In this document: positions 28,137 to 37,571 of the stretch, piece after piece | How positions within the stretch are numbered: the stretch's first letter is position 1 | Layout of the letters: each line of letters begins with the position of its first letter | Source: an uncultured Pelotomaculum sp. | GTDB taxonomy: Bacteria; Bacillota; Desulfotomaculia; Desulfotomaculales; Pelotomaculaceae | NCBI GenBank assembly: GCA_964543575.1 | Contig: CAZIYV010000001.1 | Location: 1,408 to 65,407 of the forward strand | Direction: 5' to 3' | Length of the DNA stretch: 64,000 nucleotides | Notes under the pieces: generated by a model | Told to the model about the DNA's origin: nothing | The model's input: the letters and a program-made list of their open reading frames with translations, nothing else | The model's database searches: none | Made by a program: the position numbers and the translations under genes

Positions 28137-28791
28137 GGGCATCTACAAGAACGGGGCGCTTTTGGGCATATACGCGCGCTGGTATGCCGGCTGCCCCATG
28201 GGTTTCGCCGGAAGGCCCGCCCTGTTTATCGACCGTGACGGCGTACTGGTCGAAGAAACAAACTACCTGTGCCGCCCGGAAGATGTGTCGCTTATACCTG
28301 GAGCCGGCCCGGCTATAACGAAGTTAAACCGGGCCGGCTTACCTGTTGTTATAGTTACCAATCAGTCCGGTATCGGGCGAAGGTTTTACGCCTGGGAAGA
28401 TTTTATTGAAGTGCAGCGCTGTATCTACCAAAAGCTTAAAGAAGACGGCGCGCATATTGACGCGTGCATAGCCTGTCCTTATCATCCGGATGCCCGGGAG
28501 CCTTACCGCTACGACGGGCATTTTTTCCGCAAACCCAATCCCGGCATGATACTATGGGCCGCCGGAACTGCGGGCATAAACCTTGAGCTTTCCTGGATCG
28601 TGGGCGATACGCTGGCGGACCTGCAAGCCGGAGAAAAGGCCGGCCTGGGCGGTTTGGCGCATGTAATGACAGGGTACGGTAAATATCAGCGACCGGCAGT
28701 GCTGGCATGGTCCAAAGGAAGGGAGAATTTCAAGCCGTTTCAGGACTTGGGCCAAGCCGTCGAAGCTTTTTTATTACTCAGGAAAGGATGA
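28129..28791 (+). CDS. gmhB: Heptose-1,7-bisphosphate phosphatase (HAD IIIA)
   Basis: FIDRDGVL, VTNQSGIGR, RKPNPGM and VGD motifs. Confidence 0.9.
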   Translation: MLEGIYKNGALLGIYARWYAGCPMGFAGRPALFIDRDGVLVEETNYLCRPEDVSLIPGAGPAITKLNRAGLPVVIVTNQSGIGRRFYAWEDFIEVQRCIYQKLKEDGAHIDACIACPYHPDAREPYRYDGHFFRKPNPGMILWAAGTAGINLELSWIVGDTLADLQAGEKAGLGGLAHVMTGYGKYQRPAVLAWSKGRENFKPFQDLGQAVEAFLLLRKG

Positions 28792-28794
28792 GCG

Positions 28795-29817
28795 GTGATC
28801 AGACCCTGGACAAAACCCACTGCAGATAGTCCAAAACCGGTAGACTGCCTGTCTCCTGCCCAGGCGCTGGAACTCTACCGCGTAATGTGCCTGATCCGCC
28901 AGGTACAACTAAAAATAGAGGAACTCTACCATCTGGATGAAATGAAGACGCCGGTACACTTAAGCATCGGTCAGGAAGCCATTGCCGCCGGGGTGTGTTT
29001 TGCCCTGCAGCCCGATGATTACATATTAAGCAACCACCGCGGGCATGCCCATTACCTGGCCAAGGGCGGTGACCCGAAGGCTATGATTGCCGAATTATAC
29101 TGCCGGGAGACGGGATGTTCCGGGGGACGGGGCGGGTCGATGCATCTGGTGGATACGTCGGTCGGCCTGATGGGGTCTTCGTCCATTGTGGCCGGCGGTA
29201 TTCCATTGGCTGTCGGGGCTGCTCTTAGCAGTAAATTAAGCGGCATCAATCGTGTAGCTGTGGCTTTTTTCGGCGATGGCGCTGTGGATGAGGGTGTTTT
29301 ATATGAAAGCGTTAATTTCGCGCTTTTGCGAAAGCTGCCGGTTCTTTTTGTTTGCGAAAACAACTTTTATTCGGTTTGTTCTCCGACAAAGAACCGGCAC
29401 AGCGCAGATAATATTTATCAAAGATTTTCCGGGATGGGACTTCCCGGTTACCGTGTAGACGGCACGGATGTGGTGGCTGTTTATCAATTAACAAAAAAAC
29501 TTGTTCAAGCTGCGCGAATAGGGGGAGGGCCCGCATTCATGGAATGCCGTGCCTACCGCTGGCGCGGCCACGCAGGAGCGGGATCGGATGTAAAAATTGG
29601 ATATCGTGCTCAAGAAGAAATAGATCAGTGGTTAAAACTTTGCCCCTTAGATAGCTATGAAAAACGCTTGACTTGTTCTGGAATGATAAATCAGAAACAA
29701 ATTGATGATGTAAATAGACAAATCCGGAATCAGGTTGAGGAAGCTTTTCGTTATGCCCGGGAGAGCCCGCTGCCGGAGGGAAAAACTATCATGAAATGGC
29801 TGTTTAGCCAGGAATAG
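28795..29817 (+). CDS. ThDP-dependent E1-alpha-like subunit
   Basis: HLSIGQEA, GGRGGSMH and GDGA..EG...NN ThDP motifs. Confidence 0.9.
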   Translation: MIRPWTKPTADSPKPVDCLSPAQALELYRVMCLIRQVQLKIEELYHLDEMKTPVHLSIGQEAIAAGVCFALQPDDYILSNHRGHAHYLAKGGDPKAMIAELYCRETGCSGGRGGSMHLVDTSVGLMGSSSIVAGGIPLAVGAALSSKLSGINRVAVAFFGDGAVDEGVLYESVNFALLRKLPVLFVCENNFYSVCSPTKNRHSADNIYQRFSGMGLPGYRVDGTDVVAVYQLTKKLVQAARIGGGPAFMECRAYRWRGHAGAGSDVKIGYRAQEEIDQWLKLCPLDSYEKRLTCSGMINQKQIDDVNRQIRNQVEEAFRYARESPLPEGKTIMKWLFSQE

Positions 29818-29827
29818 GAATGATATT

Positions 29828-30871
29828 ATGCCCTGGACAAAAGTTATTATTGAACGGCAAGAGCAGGTTCTTGACGAGAACACAGGTGAGGGAAAACGAA
29901 TATTAAGCTATCCTGAGAGCATACGCGAGGCCTTTACCCAGGCCCTGGAGAATGATCCCGCCACTTATCTGATGGGTCAGGGAGTCGATGACCCGTCAGG
30001 GATGTTTGGGACAACTGTTGGCCTGCAGCAAAGATTCGGAAATGACCGGGTATTTGACACGCCGCTTTCTGAAAACGGTCTAATGGGTATTGCTGTCGGT
30101 TCCGCCATCACCGGGATGCGGCCCATTTACCTTCATAACCGGCCGGACTTCCTGCTGCTGGCCATGGATCAGATTGTCAATCATGCCTCCAAGTGGCGCT
30201 ATATGTTTGGGGGGCATGGCAGAGTTCCACTGGTAGTCTGGTCTGTTATCGCTCGTGGATGGGGGTCGGCGGCTCAGCATTCCCAGACCCTGCAAGGTCT
30301 TTTCATGCACATTCCCGGACTGCGGCTTTTGATGCCGAGTAATCCATATGACGCCAAGGGTTTGCTTCTGGAAAGCGTAGCTGATGACAACCCGGTCATT
30401 ATTTTTGAGCACAGGTGGCTTTTTAAACGCAGAGGATATGTGCCTGAAAAAATGTACCGGTTGCCTTTTGGTAAGGGAGCGATATGCCGGCATGGGAGGG
30501 ATGTTACTATTGCCGGTGTTTCCCATATGATCATTGAAGCGCAGGTTGCCGCCGATGAATTGGCTAAGGAAGGGATAGAGGCAGAAGTATTGGACTTTAG
30601 GACCCTAAAGCCTTTGGACAAGAGTCTCCTTCTGGAATCTGTGAGTAGGACCGGACATCTTGTCCTGGTGGATAACGGCTGGAAATGCGGAGGCATTACC
30701 GCAGAAATAGCAGCAATAGTTGCGGAGGAGGGATTTGATTTGCTTCGCGCTCCTGTTCGCAGGGTGGCCTGTCCTGATGTGCCGACTCCGGCGGGTTATA
30801 CTCTCGAGGCGGCATTTTATCCCGGAACGGCACAAATAAAGGATGCGGTTAAAGATGTACTTAAGTACTAA
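29828..30871 (+). CDS. ThDP-dependent E1-beta-like subunit
   Basis: FDTPLSE, AQHSQ, DAKGLL and NPVIIFEH motifs. Confidence 0.9.
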   Translation: MPWTKVIIERQEQVLDENTGEGKRILSYPESIREAFTQALENDPATYLMGQGVDDPSGMFGTTVGLQQRFGNDRVFDTPLSENGLMGIAVGSAITGMRPIYLHNRPDFLLLAMDQIVNHASKWRYMFGGHGRVPLVVWSVIARGWGSAAQHSQTLQGLFMHIPGLRLLMPSNPYDAKGLLLESVADDNPVIIFEHRWLFKRRGYVPEKMYRLPFGKGAICRHGRDVTIAGVSHMIIEAQVAADELAKEGIEAEVLDFRTLKPLDKSLLLESVSRTGHLVLVDNGWKCGGITAEIAAIVAEEGFDLLRAPVRRVACPDVPTPAGYTLEAAFYPGTAQIKDAVKDVLKY

Positions 30872-31835
30872 TTTAAAAATATTGGTTTCACACGGGAAGC
30901 AGCCTTTAGACCGTGATAAGCCGATTTACTTGGCGGGACACAGGGGTATGCTTGGGACGGCTCTTCTCAAGCTTCTAAAAGAAAAAGGTTTTAATAACAT
31001 CTTGGCCAGAACGTCAAGAGAGCTTGATTTGACTGACAGCAGGGCAGTTACTGAGTTTTTTAAAAAAGAACGTCCCGCTTATGTAATTCTTGCTGCAGCC
31101 TTGGTAGGGGGTATCGTTGCGAATATCAACAGGCCTGCTGAATTTATTCAAGTGAATTTGGCTATTCAGAATAACGTCATTCATGGTTCTCATCTTACAG
31201 GTGTTCGAAAGTTAATGTTTTTTGGCAGTTCCTGTATGTATCCTGTAAACTCTAAACAACCATACAAAGAAAGTAGTTTTTTTAAAGGACCGCCTGAATT
31301 GACCAGCCTTCCGTATGCAGTTGCAAAAATTGCAGGAGTGGTTCAGTGTGCAGCGTACAGGTCACAATACGGTCTGAACTCCATTGTCGCTGTACCCGCA
31401 AGTTTATACGGGCCGGGTGATAATTTTGATCCCGAGAACAGCCACGTGCTCGCCGCGCTTCTGCGAAGAATTCATGCGGCCAAAGTTTCAGGGGAAAATA
31501 ATGTTGTGATGTGGGGAAATGGAACCCCGAAAAGAGAGTTCCTTTTTGTAGACGATGCTGCAGATGCGGTCATATATCTAATGGACCATTATGATGCGGA
31601 AGAGCCGATCAATATAGGTTCAGGCCAGGAAATATCCATTAGTGAATTAGTGGAGGTTATTTGTGATATAGTGGGATTCCGCGGAGAGATAGTGTTTGAC
31701 ACATCAAAACCTAACGGAGTTCCTCGTAAAGTGCTTGATAATTCGCGAGTTTGCCAACTCGGTTGGAAGCCCAAGGTTTCTCTTCGAGAGGGTATTGAAA
31801 GGACATACATGTGGTTTTTAAAACATAGTTGTTAA
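30843..31835 (+). CDS. fcl: GDP-L-fucose synthase-like epimerase/reductase
   Basis: AGHRGMLG, AALVGGIVAN, GSSCMYP, YAVAK and WGNGTPKREFL motifs. Confidence 0.88.
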   Translation: MRLKMYLSTNLKILVSHGKQPLDRDKPIYLAGHRGMLGTALLKLLKEKGFNNILARTSRELDLTDSRAVTEFFKKERPAYVILAAALVGGIVANINRPAEFIQVNLAIQNNVIHGSHLTGVRKLMFFGSSCMYPVNSKQPYKESSFFKGPPELTSLPYAVAKIAGVVQCAAYRSQYGLNSIVAVPASLYGPGDNFDPENSHVLAALLRRIHAAKVSGENNVVMWGNGTPKREFLFVDDAADAVIYLMDHYDAEEPINIGSGQEISISELVEVICDIVGFRGEIVFDTSKPNGVPRKVLDNSRVCQLGWKPKVSLREGIERTYMWFLKHSC

Positions 31836-31869
31836 AAATAACTTAATTAAATTATGGGTTTAAATTTTC

Positions 31870-31897
31870 TCTCGGGTATTTAGCCCCGGGTTTTTTT
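31870..31897 (+). terminator. Intra-cluster intrinsic terminator
   Basis: CTCGGG..CCCGGG stem followed by T7. Confidence 0.55.
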
Positions 31898-31936
31898 ATA
31901 TAACATCACATTTTCTTTATAGGGGGTCTACATATT

Positions 31937-32869
31937 ATGAATATCTTTGTCACCGGCGCTGCGGGTTATCTTGGTTCGGTTTTGGTTCCTGAACTTTTAC
32001 AGCGCGGCTATAAGGTAACTGCCCTGGATAATTTCCTCTTTAATCAAAACTCTTTGCTTGATTGTTGCCGCCATAAAGATTTTAAAATAATAAGGGGGGA
32101 TGCCAGGGACAAGGAGACTGTAAAAGTTTGTTTAAAAGACGCAGACTATATTATACCCCTTGCTTGTATGACCGGCGCCCCTTTATGTAATAAGGATCCG
32201 TTCGCCGCCAGGTCGGTGAATTGCGATGCGATAAAATTAATTCTTGAACTGAGAAGCCTGGAACAGCGCATCATTTTTCCCACCACGAACAGCGGATACG
32301 GAGTTGGGGAGCAAGGGATTTATTGCAATGAGGAGACCCCACTGCGGCCGGTATCACTTTACGGCAAATTAAAAGTCGAAATTGAAAAAGAGCTGCTGGA
32401 TGCTGGAAACTGTATAACTTACCGTCTGGCTACGGTGTTTGGCGTCAGTCCGAGGATGCGGCTGGATTTGCTGGTGAACAACTTTACCTACAGAGCTGTC
32501 TTTGACCGTTTCATCGTTCTTTTTGAATCTCACTTCAAACGCAATTATATTCATGTCCGCGATGTGGTAAAAGCCTTTTTGCATGCCATCGACAATTTTG
32601 AAAAGATGAAAGATCAGCCATATAATGTTGGCCTTACAGAAGCGAATCTGAGTAAGTGGGAACTATGCGAAGAGATAAAGAAGCAGGCTCCTGATTTTTA
32701 TTTTGTTGAGGCCAAGGTGGGCAAGGACCCTGACCAGCGGAACTATATTGTATCGAATGAGAAGATTGAGGCAACCGGATGGAGACCGGATAATTCCATC
32801 AAGGACGGCATTAATGAACTGATTAAGTGTTACCAAATTATTAAAGTCAATCAATACGCCAATATTTAA
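31937..32869 (+). CDS. GDP-D-glycero-D-manno-heptose 4-dehydrogenase (Cj1427-like SDR)
   Basis: GAPLC, TNSGYG, RLATVFGVSPRMRLDLLVN, RNYIHVRDV and DPDQRNYIVSN closely match the recalled C. jejuni Cj1427 sequence. Confidence 0.8.
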   Translation: MNIFVTGAAGYLGSVLVPELLQRGYKVTALDNFLFNQNSLLDCCRHKDFKIIRGDARDKETVKVCLKDADYIIPLACMTGAPLCNKDPFAARSVNCDAIKLILELRSLEQRIIFPTTNSGYGVGEQGIYCNEETPLRPVSLYGKLKVEIEKELLDAGNCITYRLATVFGVSPRMRLDLLVNNFTYRAVFDRFIVLFESHFKRNYIHVRDVVKAFLHAIDNFEKMKDQPYNVGLTEANLSKWELCEEIKKQAPDFYFVEAKVGKDPDQRNYIVSNEKIEATGWRPDNSIKDGINELIKCYQIIKVNQYANI

Positions 32870-32882
32870 GGGAGAGTTCTCC

Positions 32883-33914
32883 ATGATCATCAGCCAGACG
32901 CCTTTCAGGATTTCCTTTTTTGGTGGTGGAACAGACTACCCCGCCTATTATCAAGAGCGTGCAGGAGTTGTATTATCAACAACTATTGATAAGTATTGCT
33001 ATATAACCTGCCGTTATTTACCAAAGTTTTTTGAACACAAAAGCCGGATAGCATACTCCAAGACGGAATTAGTGAATAGCGTAGACCAAATAAAACACCC
33101 TTCCGTTAGGGAATGTCTCAGATTTATGCAGATTACTGAAGGTGTCGAAATCCATCATGACGCGGACCTTCCTGCGCGCTCAGGGTTAGGGTCCAGTTCA
33201 TCTTTTACTGTTGGCCTCCTCCACACCTTGTATGCTTTAAGAGGCCAGATGCCTTCAAAAATGACCCTTGCTCATAACGCAATCCATGTTGAACAGGATT
33301 TGATAGGTGAGAATGTTGGCTCACAGGATCAGTGCAGCGCCGCTTTTGGTGGATTTAACCGTATTTCATTTAATGGAAATCATGATATTAATGTGCAACC
33401 CATTATAATTCCCAATGACAAGTTAAAAATGCTTCGGGATCGCCTGGTCCTGTTTTATACCGGTATCACCCGTTTAGCGTCCCAAGTTGCCGATGAACAA
33501 ATCAAAAAGACACCTGAGCGGCATAAGGAATTAAAAATGATTGGTGAAATGGTGGATTACTCCATAGATATTTTGAAAAGCCCTGTAGGCAGGATGGACG
33601 ACTTCGGCAGGCTTCTCCATGAGGGTTGGATGTTGAAACGCTCTTTAACAAGCAAGATTTCCAACGAGCGCATCGACCAGTTATATGAGCTTGCACGCAA
33701 AACCGGGGCACTCGGCGGGAAGTTGCTTGGAGCAGGTTCCGGTGGATTCATGCTTTTTTATGTCAGGCCGGAGAACAAAAACAAGTTAATTGAAGCTCTA
33801 AAAGACCTTTTATATGTGCCTTTCCGCTTTGAATTCTTAGGCAGCCGTATAATCTACTACAGGCCGCGAGAAGAGGTTGGTTATAGGGATGCAAACAAGA
33901 TTAGACCCTGTTGA
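32883..33914 (+). CDS. hddA: D-glycero-D-manno-heptose-7-phosphate kinase (GHMP family)
   Basis: PFRISFFGGGTD, PARSGLGSSS, GSQDQ and GGKLLGAGSGG motifs. Confidence 0.9.
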   Translation: MIISQTPFRISFFGGGTDYPAYYQERAGVVLSTTIDKYCYITCRYLPKFFEHKSRIAYSKTELVNSVDQIKHPSVRECLRFMQITEGVEIHHDADLPARSGLGSSSSFTVGLLHTLYALRGQMPSKMTLAHNAIHVEQDLIGENVGSQDQCSAAFGGFNRISFNGNHDINVQPIIIPNDKLKMLRDRLVLFYTGITRLASQVADEQIKKTPERHKELKMIGEMVDYSIDILKSPVGRMDDFGRLLHEGWMLKRSLTSKISNERIDQLYELARKTGALGGKLLGAGSGGFMLFYVRPENKNKLIEALKDLLYVPFRFEFLGSRIIYYRPREEVGYRDANKIRPC

Positions 33915-34629
33915 TATAGACGCTGTTATACTTTGCGGCGGGAAAGGGGAACGGTTGCGGAGTGTAGTAAGTGACAGGCCAAAACCGCTGGCGGAAGTTG
34001 GCGGACGTCCTTTCTTGGATATTCTAATCGATTACGCGGCGGGATACGGGCTTCGCAGATTTGTATTGCTGGCCGGGTATATGGGAGACTTGGTAAAAGA
34101 ATATGCCTGCCAAAAAGCTCGATCAACATCCTTGGAGATTGCATGTGTGCTTGAAAAAAAGCCTTTAGGCACCGGTGGAGCCATAAAGAACGCCGAACAG
34201 CTTTTAAACAGCTCGCGGATTCTGGTATTTAACGGGGATACTTTTTGCCCGGCTAATCTTTTATATTTTTTCATGTTTCACAGCAAAAAGGGCGGATTGG
34301 CCACTATGATGCTTTCCAGGGTGGAACACGCGAAGGATTGCGGACAGGTTTTAATTGATAGTGATGGGCGCATTGTCACATTTCAGGAGAAAACAGACAT
34401 CACTTATGCCGCATTAGCTAATGCGGGGGTATATCTCTTAGAGAGAGCCATACTTGACATTTTTTCCTCAGGCAGTCCCTGTTCTCTGGAACGCGATATT
34501 TTCCCTAAAATAGCCGGTGGGGATTTTTTTGGCTATGTGGTAAAAGATCCCCATCTTGATATTGGTACGCCCGAGCGTTACTTTAAGGCACTGAGTATTT
34601 TGCCGGTGCTTTGTAAAAGAGGTTGGTAA
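33889..34629 (+). CDS. hddC: Heptose-1-phosphate guanylyltransferase
   Basis: LCGGKGERLRSVVSDRPKPL, PLGTGGA, NGDT and DIGTPE motifs. Confidence 0.87.
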   Translation: MQTRLDPVDIDAVILCGGKGERLRSVVSDRPKPLAEVGGRPFLDILIDYAAGYGLRRFVLLAGYMGDLVKEYACQKARSTSLEIACVLEKKPLGTGGAIKNAEQLLNSSRILVFNGDTFCPANLLYFFMFHSKKGGLATMMLSRVEHAKDCGQVLIDSDGRIVTFQEKTDITYAALANAGVYLLERAILDIFSSGSPCSLERDIFPKIAGGDFFGYVVKDPHLDIGTPERYFKALSILPVLCKRGW

Positions 34630-34707
34630 GCGGAATCTGTGCCGGGTGCAGACAAGCTGTTCTTCTGGTATCCGGCCGCTTTTTGTTTTTTGAGAGGGGA
34701 TTTAGTC

Positions 34708-35928
34708 ATGAAAGAAGTGGAGAAAAAGATTCCATTTGGAACTATTACCATTACAGATAAGGCAAAGAAATTGGTTATTGAGGCACTTGAAAATAAAAGG
34801 ATATCAAGCGGAAAATTAGTGCGGGAGTTTGAGAAAAAGTTTGCTGAACTTTACGGGGTTAGAGAAGCTGTCGCTGTTAGTTCCGGTACGGATGCTGACG
34901 CCTTGGCCCTTGCGGTGTTGTATGATTACGGGGCGGAGCGTGGTGATGAGGTAATAGTACCGGCCTTGAGTTTTGTCGCCACGGGCAATGCGGTGCTACA
35001 TGCCGGCTTTACGCCGGTGTTCGTGGATATTGAGCGTGAAACCTTAAATATAAATCCTTATCTTATTGAGAGGGCTATCACGGAACGCACACGGGCCATA
35101 ATGCCGGTTCACCTGATGGGTAAACCTGCGGATATGGATCGTATTAATGACATAGCAAACCGCTGTAACCTGTTTGTTATTGAGGACGCCGCGGAAGCTT
35201 ACGGCGCCGAATATAAGGGAAGAAAAATAGGTTCCTTGGGACATATGGCTGCTTTTAGTCTATATATCGCTCATATCATTACTACCGGCGAGGGAGGCAT
35301 TGTTATTACAAACGACGAGGAGAAAGCGGGGATTCTACGCTCTTTGCGCTCCCACGGACGTGCCTGCAAGTGTGAAACCTGCGTTTCCAATACAACTTCA
35401 GGATACTGCGCCAAGCGTTTTGATAACCCTTTAAAAACTGATATTCGCTTTGTGTTTGAAAGACACGGCTTCTCTTCTAAAATGAACGAAATGGAAGCGG
35501 CCATTGGTCTGGGGAGTTTAGATAATTACTATGAAATTGTACAAAAAAGGCGCAATAATCTTTACGCTATGACAGAGCTTATTCAGAAATATTCTGAGTT
35601 TATGTACACAATACATGAAGAAGAGCAAGAAAAGATCGGTCCGCATGCCTTTCCGGTAATTTTGAAGGAGTCCGCTCCGTTCAAACGCGATATCTTTGTG
35701 GACTATTTGGAAAGGAACGGGATAGACAGCAGGAATCTTTTCCAGTCCATGCCCACCCAGTGCGCCGGCTTTAAGTTCCTGGGGCACATGCCCGGCGAAT
35801 TCCCGGAGGCGGAATATGTGGCGGACCACGGGCTGCACATCGGAGTGCACCAGGACATTAATGATGACCAGATTGAATATCTGGACCGGGTTATAAATAA
35901 CTTCATTAAAAATCTTAAACAACCTTAA
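34708..35928 (+). CDS. DegT/DnrJ-family PLP enzyme, His-type (RfbH/ColD-like C3-dehydrase)
   Basis: IEDAAEA; SLYIAHIITTGEGG has His where aminotransferases have the Schiff-base Lys; Cys cluster CKCETC..C. Confidence 0.78.
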   Translation: MKEVEKKIPFGTITITDKAKKLVIEALENKRISSGKLVREFEKKFAELYGVREAVAVSSGTDADALALAVLYDYGAERGDEVIVPALSFVATGNAVLHAGFTPVFVDIERETLNINPYLIERAITERTRAIMPVHLMGKPADMDRINDIANRCNLFVIEDAAEAYGAEYKGRKIGSLGHMAAFSLYIAHIITTGEGGIVITNDEEKAGILRSLRSHGRACKCETCVSNTTSGYCAKRFDNPLKTDIRFVFERHGFSSKMNEMEAAIGLGSLDNYYEIVQKRRNNLYAMTELIQKYSEFMYTIHEEEQEKIGPHAFPVILKESAPFKRDIFVDYLERNGIDSRNLFQSMPTQCAGFKFLGHMPGEFPEAEYVADHGLHIGVHQDINDDQIEYLDRVINNFIKNLKQP

Positions 35929-36049
35929 TTTTTGATTAAATTTATGTTTGAATAACCATCAGTGCATGGCCCGGTTCGTCCGGTGTGTCGACAGCACTTC
36001 GGCTCGCCTCGGGCGAAATGACACTAGTAAGGTCAGGAGGCCAATTTTT

Positions 36050-37519
36050 ATGAATAAAGTAGATTTGTTGCTTATCAAGCCCGGAAAACAGGAACTTCTT
36101 TATGGTGACTTAAGTTCGTCCTTACATGCCGTTGAGCCCCCTCTCTGGGCCGGCTTGTTGGCCGGATATATCAGAAAACACGGTTTTTCCGTTCAAATTA
36201 TTGATTCAGAGGCTGAAAATCTAAGTCCGGAAGAGACTGCCGCAAAGGTAGCGGAATTGAATCCATTACTGGCGGGAGTAGTGGTATCAGGCACAAACCC
36301 CTCTGCCTCAACCATGAACATGGCTGGCGCAACCGAAATACTTATTGCTATTAGACGCAAAGCTTTAAATGTAAAAATGATTATTGCTGGTCTTCATCCG
36401 TCGGCTTTGCCGGAAAAGACTCTTGCCGAGACAGATGTCGATTTTCTCTGCCAGGGGGAAGGATTTTATACATTTCATTCATTATTGAATGAAATTAAAT
36501 CAGGCAACAAAAAACATGATCTGAATATTGAAGGGCTTTGGTATAAAATAAATGAGAGGATAGTTTCAAATCCGCGGGCGCCTCTGGTAAAAAACCTTGA
36601 CGAAGAATTGCCTTTCGTCGCATGGGATCTTTTGCCCATGGACAAGTACCGTGCCCACAACTGGCACTGTTTTAATGATGTTGGAAAGAGACAACCATAT
36701 GCAGTAATCTATACCAGCCTTGGTTGTCCTTTTAAATGTTACTTTTGTTGTATTAACACATTATTTGGCGCCCCTGGAATTAGACACCGCAGCCCTAAGA
36801 GCGTGGTTGAAGAAATTGACCTGCTTGTGAAAAATTACAGAATGAAAAACATTAAAATAATCGACGAGCTTTTTGTTTCCAGGGAAAGCCATGTTATTGA
36901 AATTTGTGATTTAATTATTGAGCGCGGTTACGATCTCAATATGTGGGCCTATGCGCGAATCGACACCGTTAACGAGAAACTGGTCAGAAAGATGAAGAGA
37001 GCGGGGATCAATTGGCTCGCTTTTGGTATAGAATCGGGTGCTGCCAGGGTCAGGGAGGGTGTCGCCAAGAAATTTAACCAGGATAAAATCAAAAAGGCCG
37101 TGGAGATGGCCCGGGCCGCAGGCATTTACGTACTGGGGAACTTTATTTTCGGCCTTCCTGATGATGACTTTGAAACCATGGGGGAAACTCTAAAAATGGC
37201 CATGGAGTTTAATTTTGAATATGCTAACTTTTACGTGGCCATGGCCTATCCGGGCTCAAAGCTATATGAAGACGCAGTAGCGCGAGGGTTAAAGTTGCCG
37301 GACACCTGGCAAGGTTATTCCCAGTTTAGTGAAGACTGTCTTCCTCTACCAACAAAGTATTTAACTGCTGCTGAAGTTTTGAGTTTCCGGGACGAGGCAT
37401 TTATAAAATATCACTTGAATACCAGATATTTAGAGATGATGGAGAACACTTTCGGAAAAGAAACTGCAGACCATATAAGGGACATGTGTAAAATCAAACT
37501 CAGGAGAAAATACGCCTAA
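36050..37519 (+). CDS. B12-binding radical SAM protein
   Basis: Start refined to ATG 36050 (AGGAGG). EPPLW, GLHPSALP, GEG, GCPFKCYFC and GIES motifs. Confidence 0.9.
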   Translation: MNKVDLLLIKPGKQELLYGDLSSSLHAVEPPLWAGLLAGYIRKHGFSVQIIDSEAENLSPEETAAKVAELNPLLAGVVVSGTNPSASTMNMAGATEILIAIRRKALNVKMIIAGLHPSALPEKTLAETDVDFLCQGEGFYTFHSLLNEIKSGNKKHDLNIEGLWYKINERIVSNPRAPLVKNLDEELPFVAWDLLPMDKYRAHNWHCFNDVGKRQPYAVIYTSLGCPFKCYFCCINTLFGAPGIRHRSPKSVVEEIDLLVKNYRMKNIKIIDELFVSRESHVIEICDLIIERGYDLNMWAYARIDTVNEKLVRKMKRAGINWLAFGIESGAARVREGVAKKFNQDKIKKAVEMARAAGIYVLGNFIFGLPDDDFETMGETLKMAMEFNFEYANFYVAMAYPGSKLYEDAVARGLKLPDTWQGYSQFSEDCLPLPTKYLTAAEVLSFRDEAFIKYHLNTRYLEMMENTFGKETADHIRDMCKIKLRRKYA

Positions 37520-37571
37520 ATATATTTTATTAGTTATGCAGTGCAATATATATAACCAAGAGGTAAGAAAA

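Noticed and set aside
28795-30871. Pyruvate/acetoin dehydrogenase complex for central metabolism
   Set aside because: There are no E2/E3 or lipoyl genes, and the pair is tightly packed between gmhB and fcl.
35961-36025. tRNA gene
   Set aside because: The element is cloverleaf-like but has no TTCRA T-loop in the right arm, no D-loop GG and no CCA; it is kept only as an unassigned structure.
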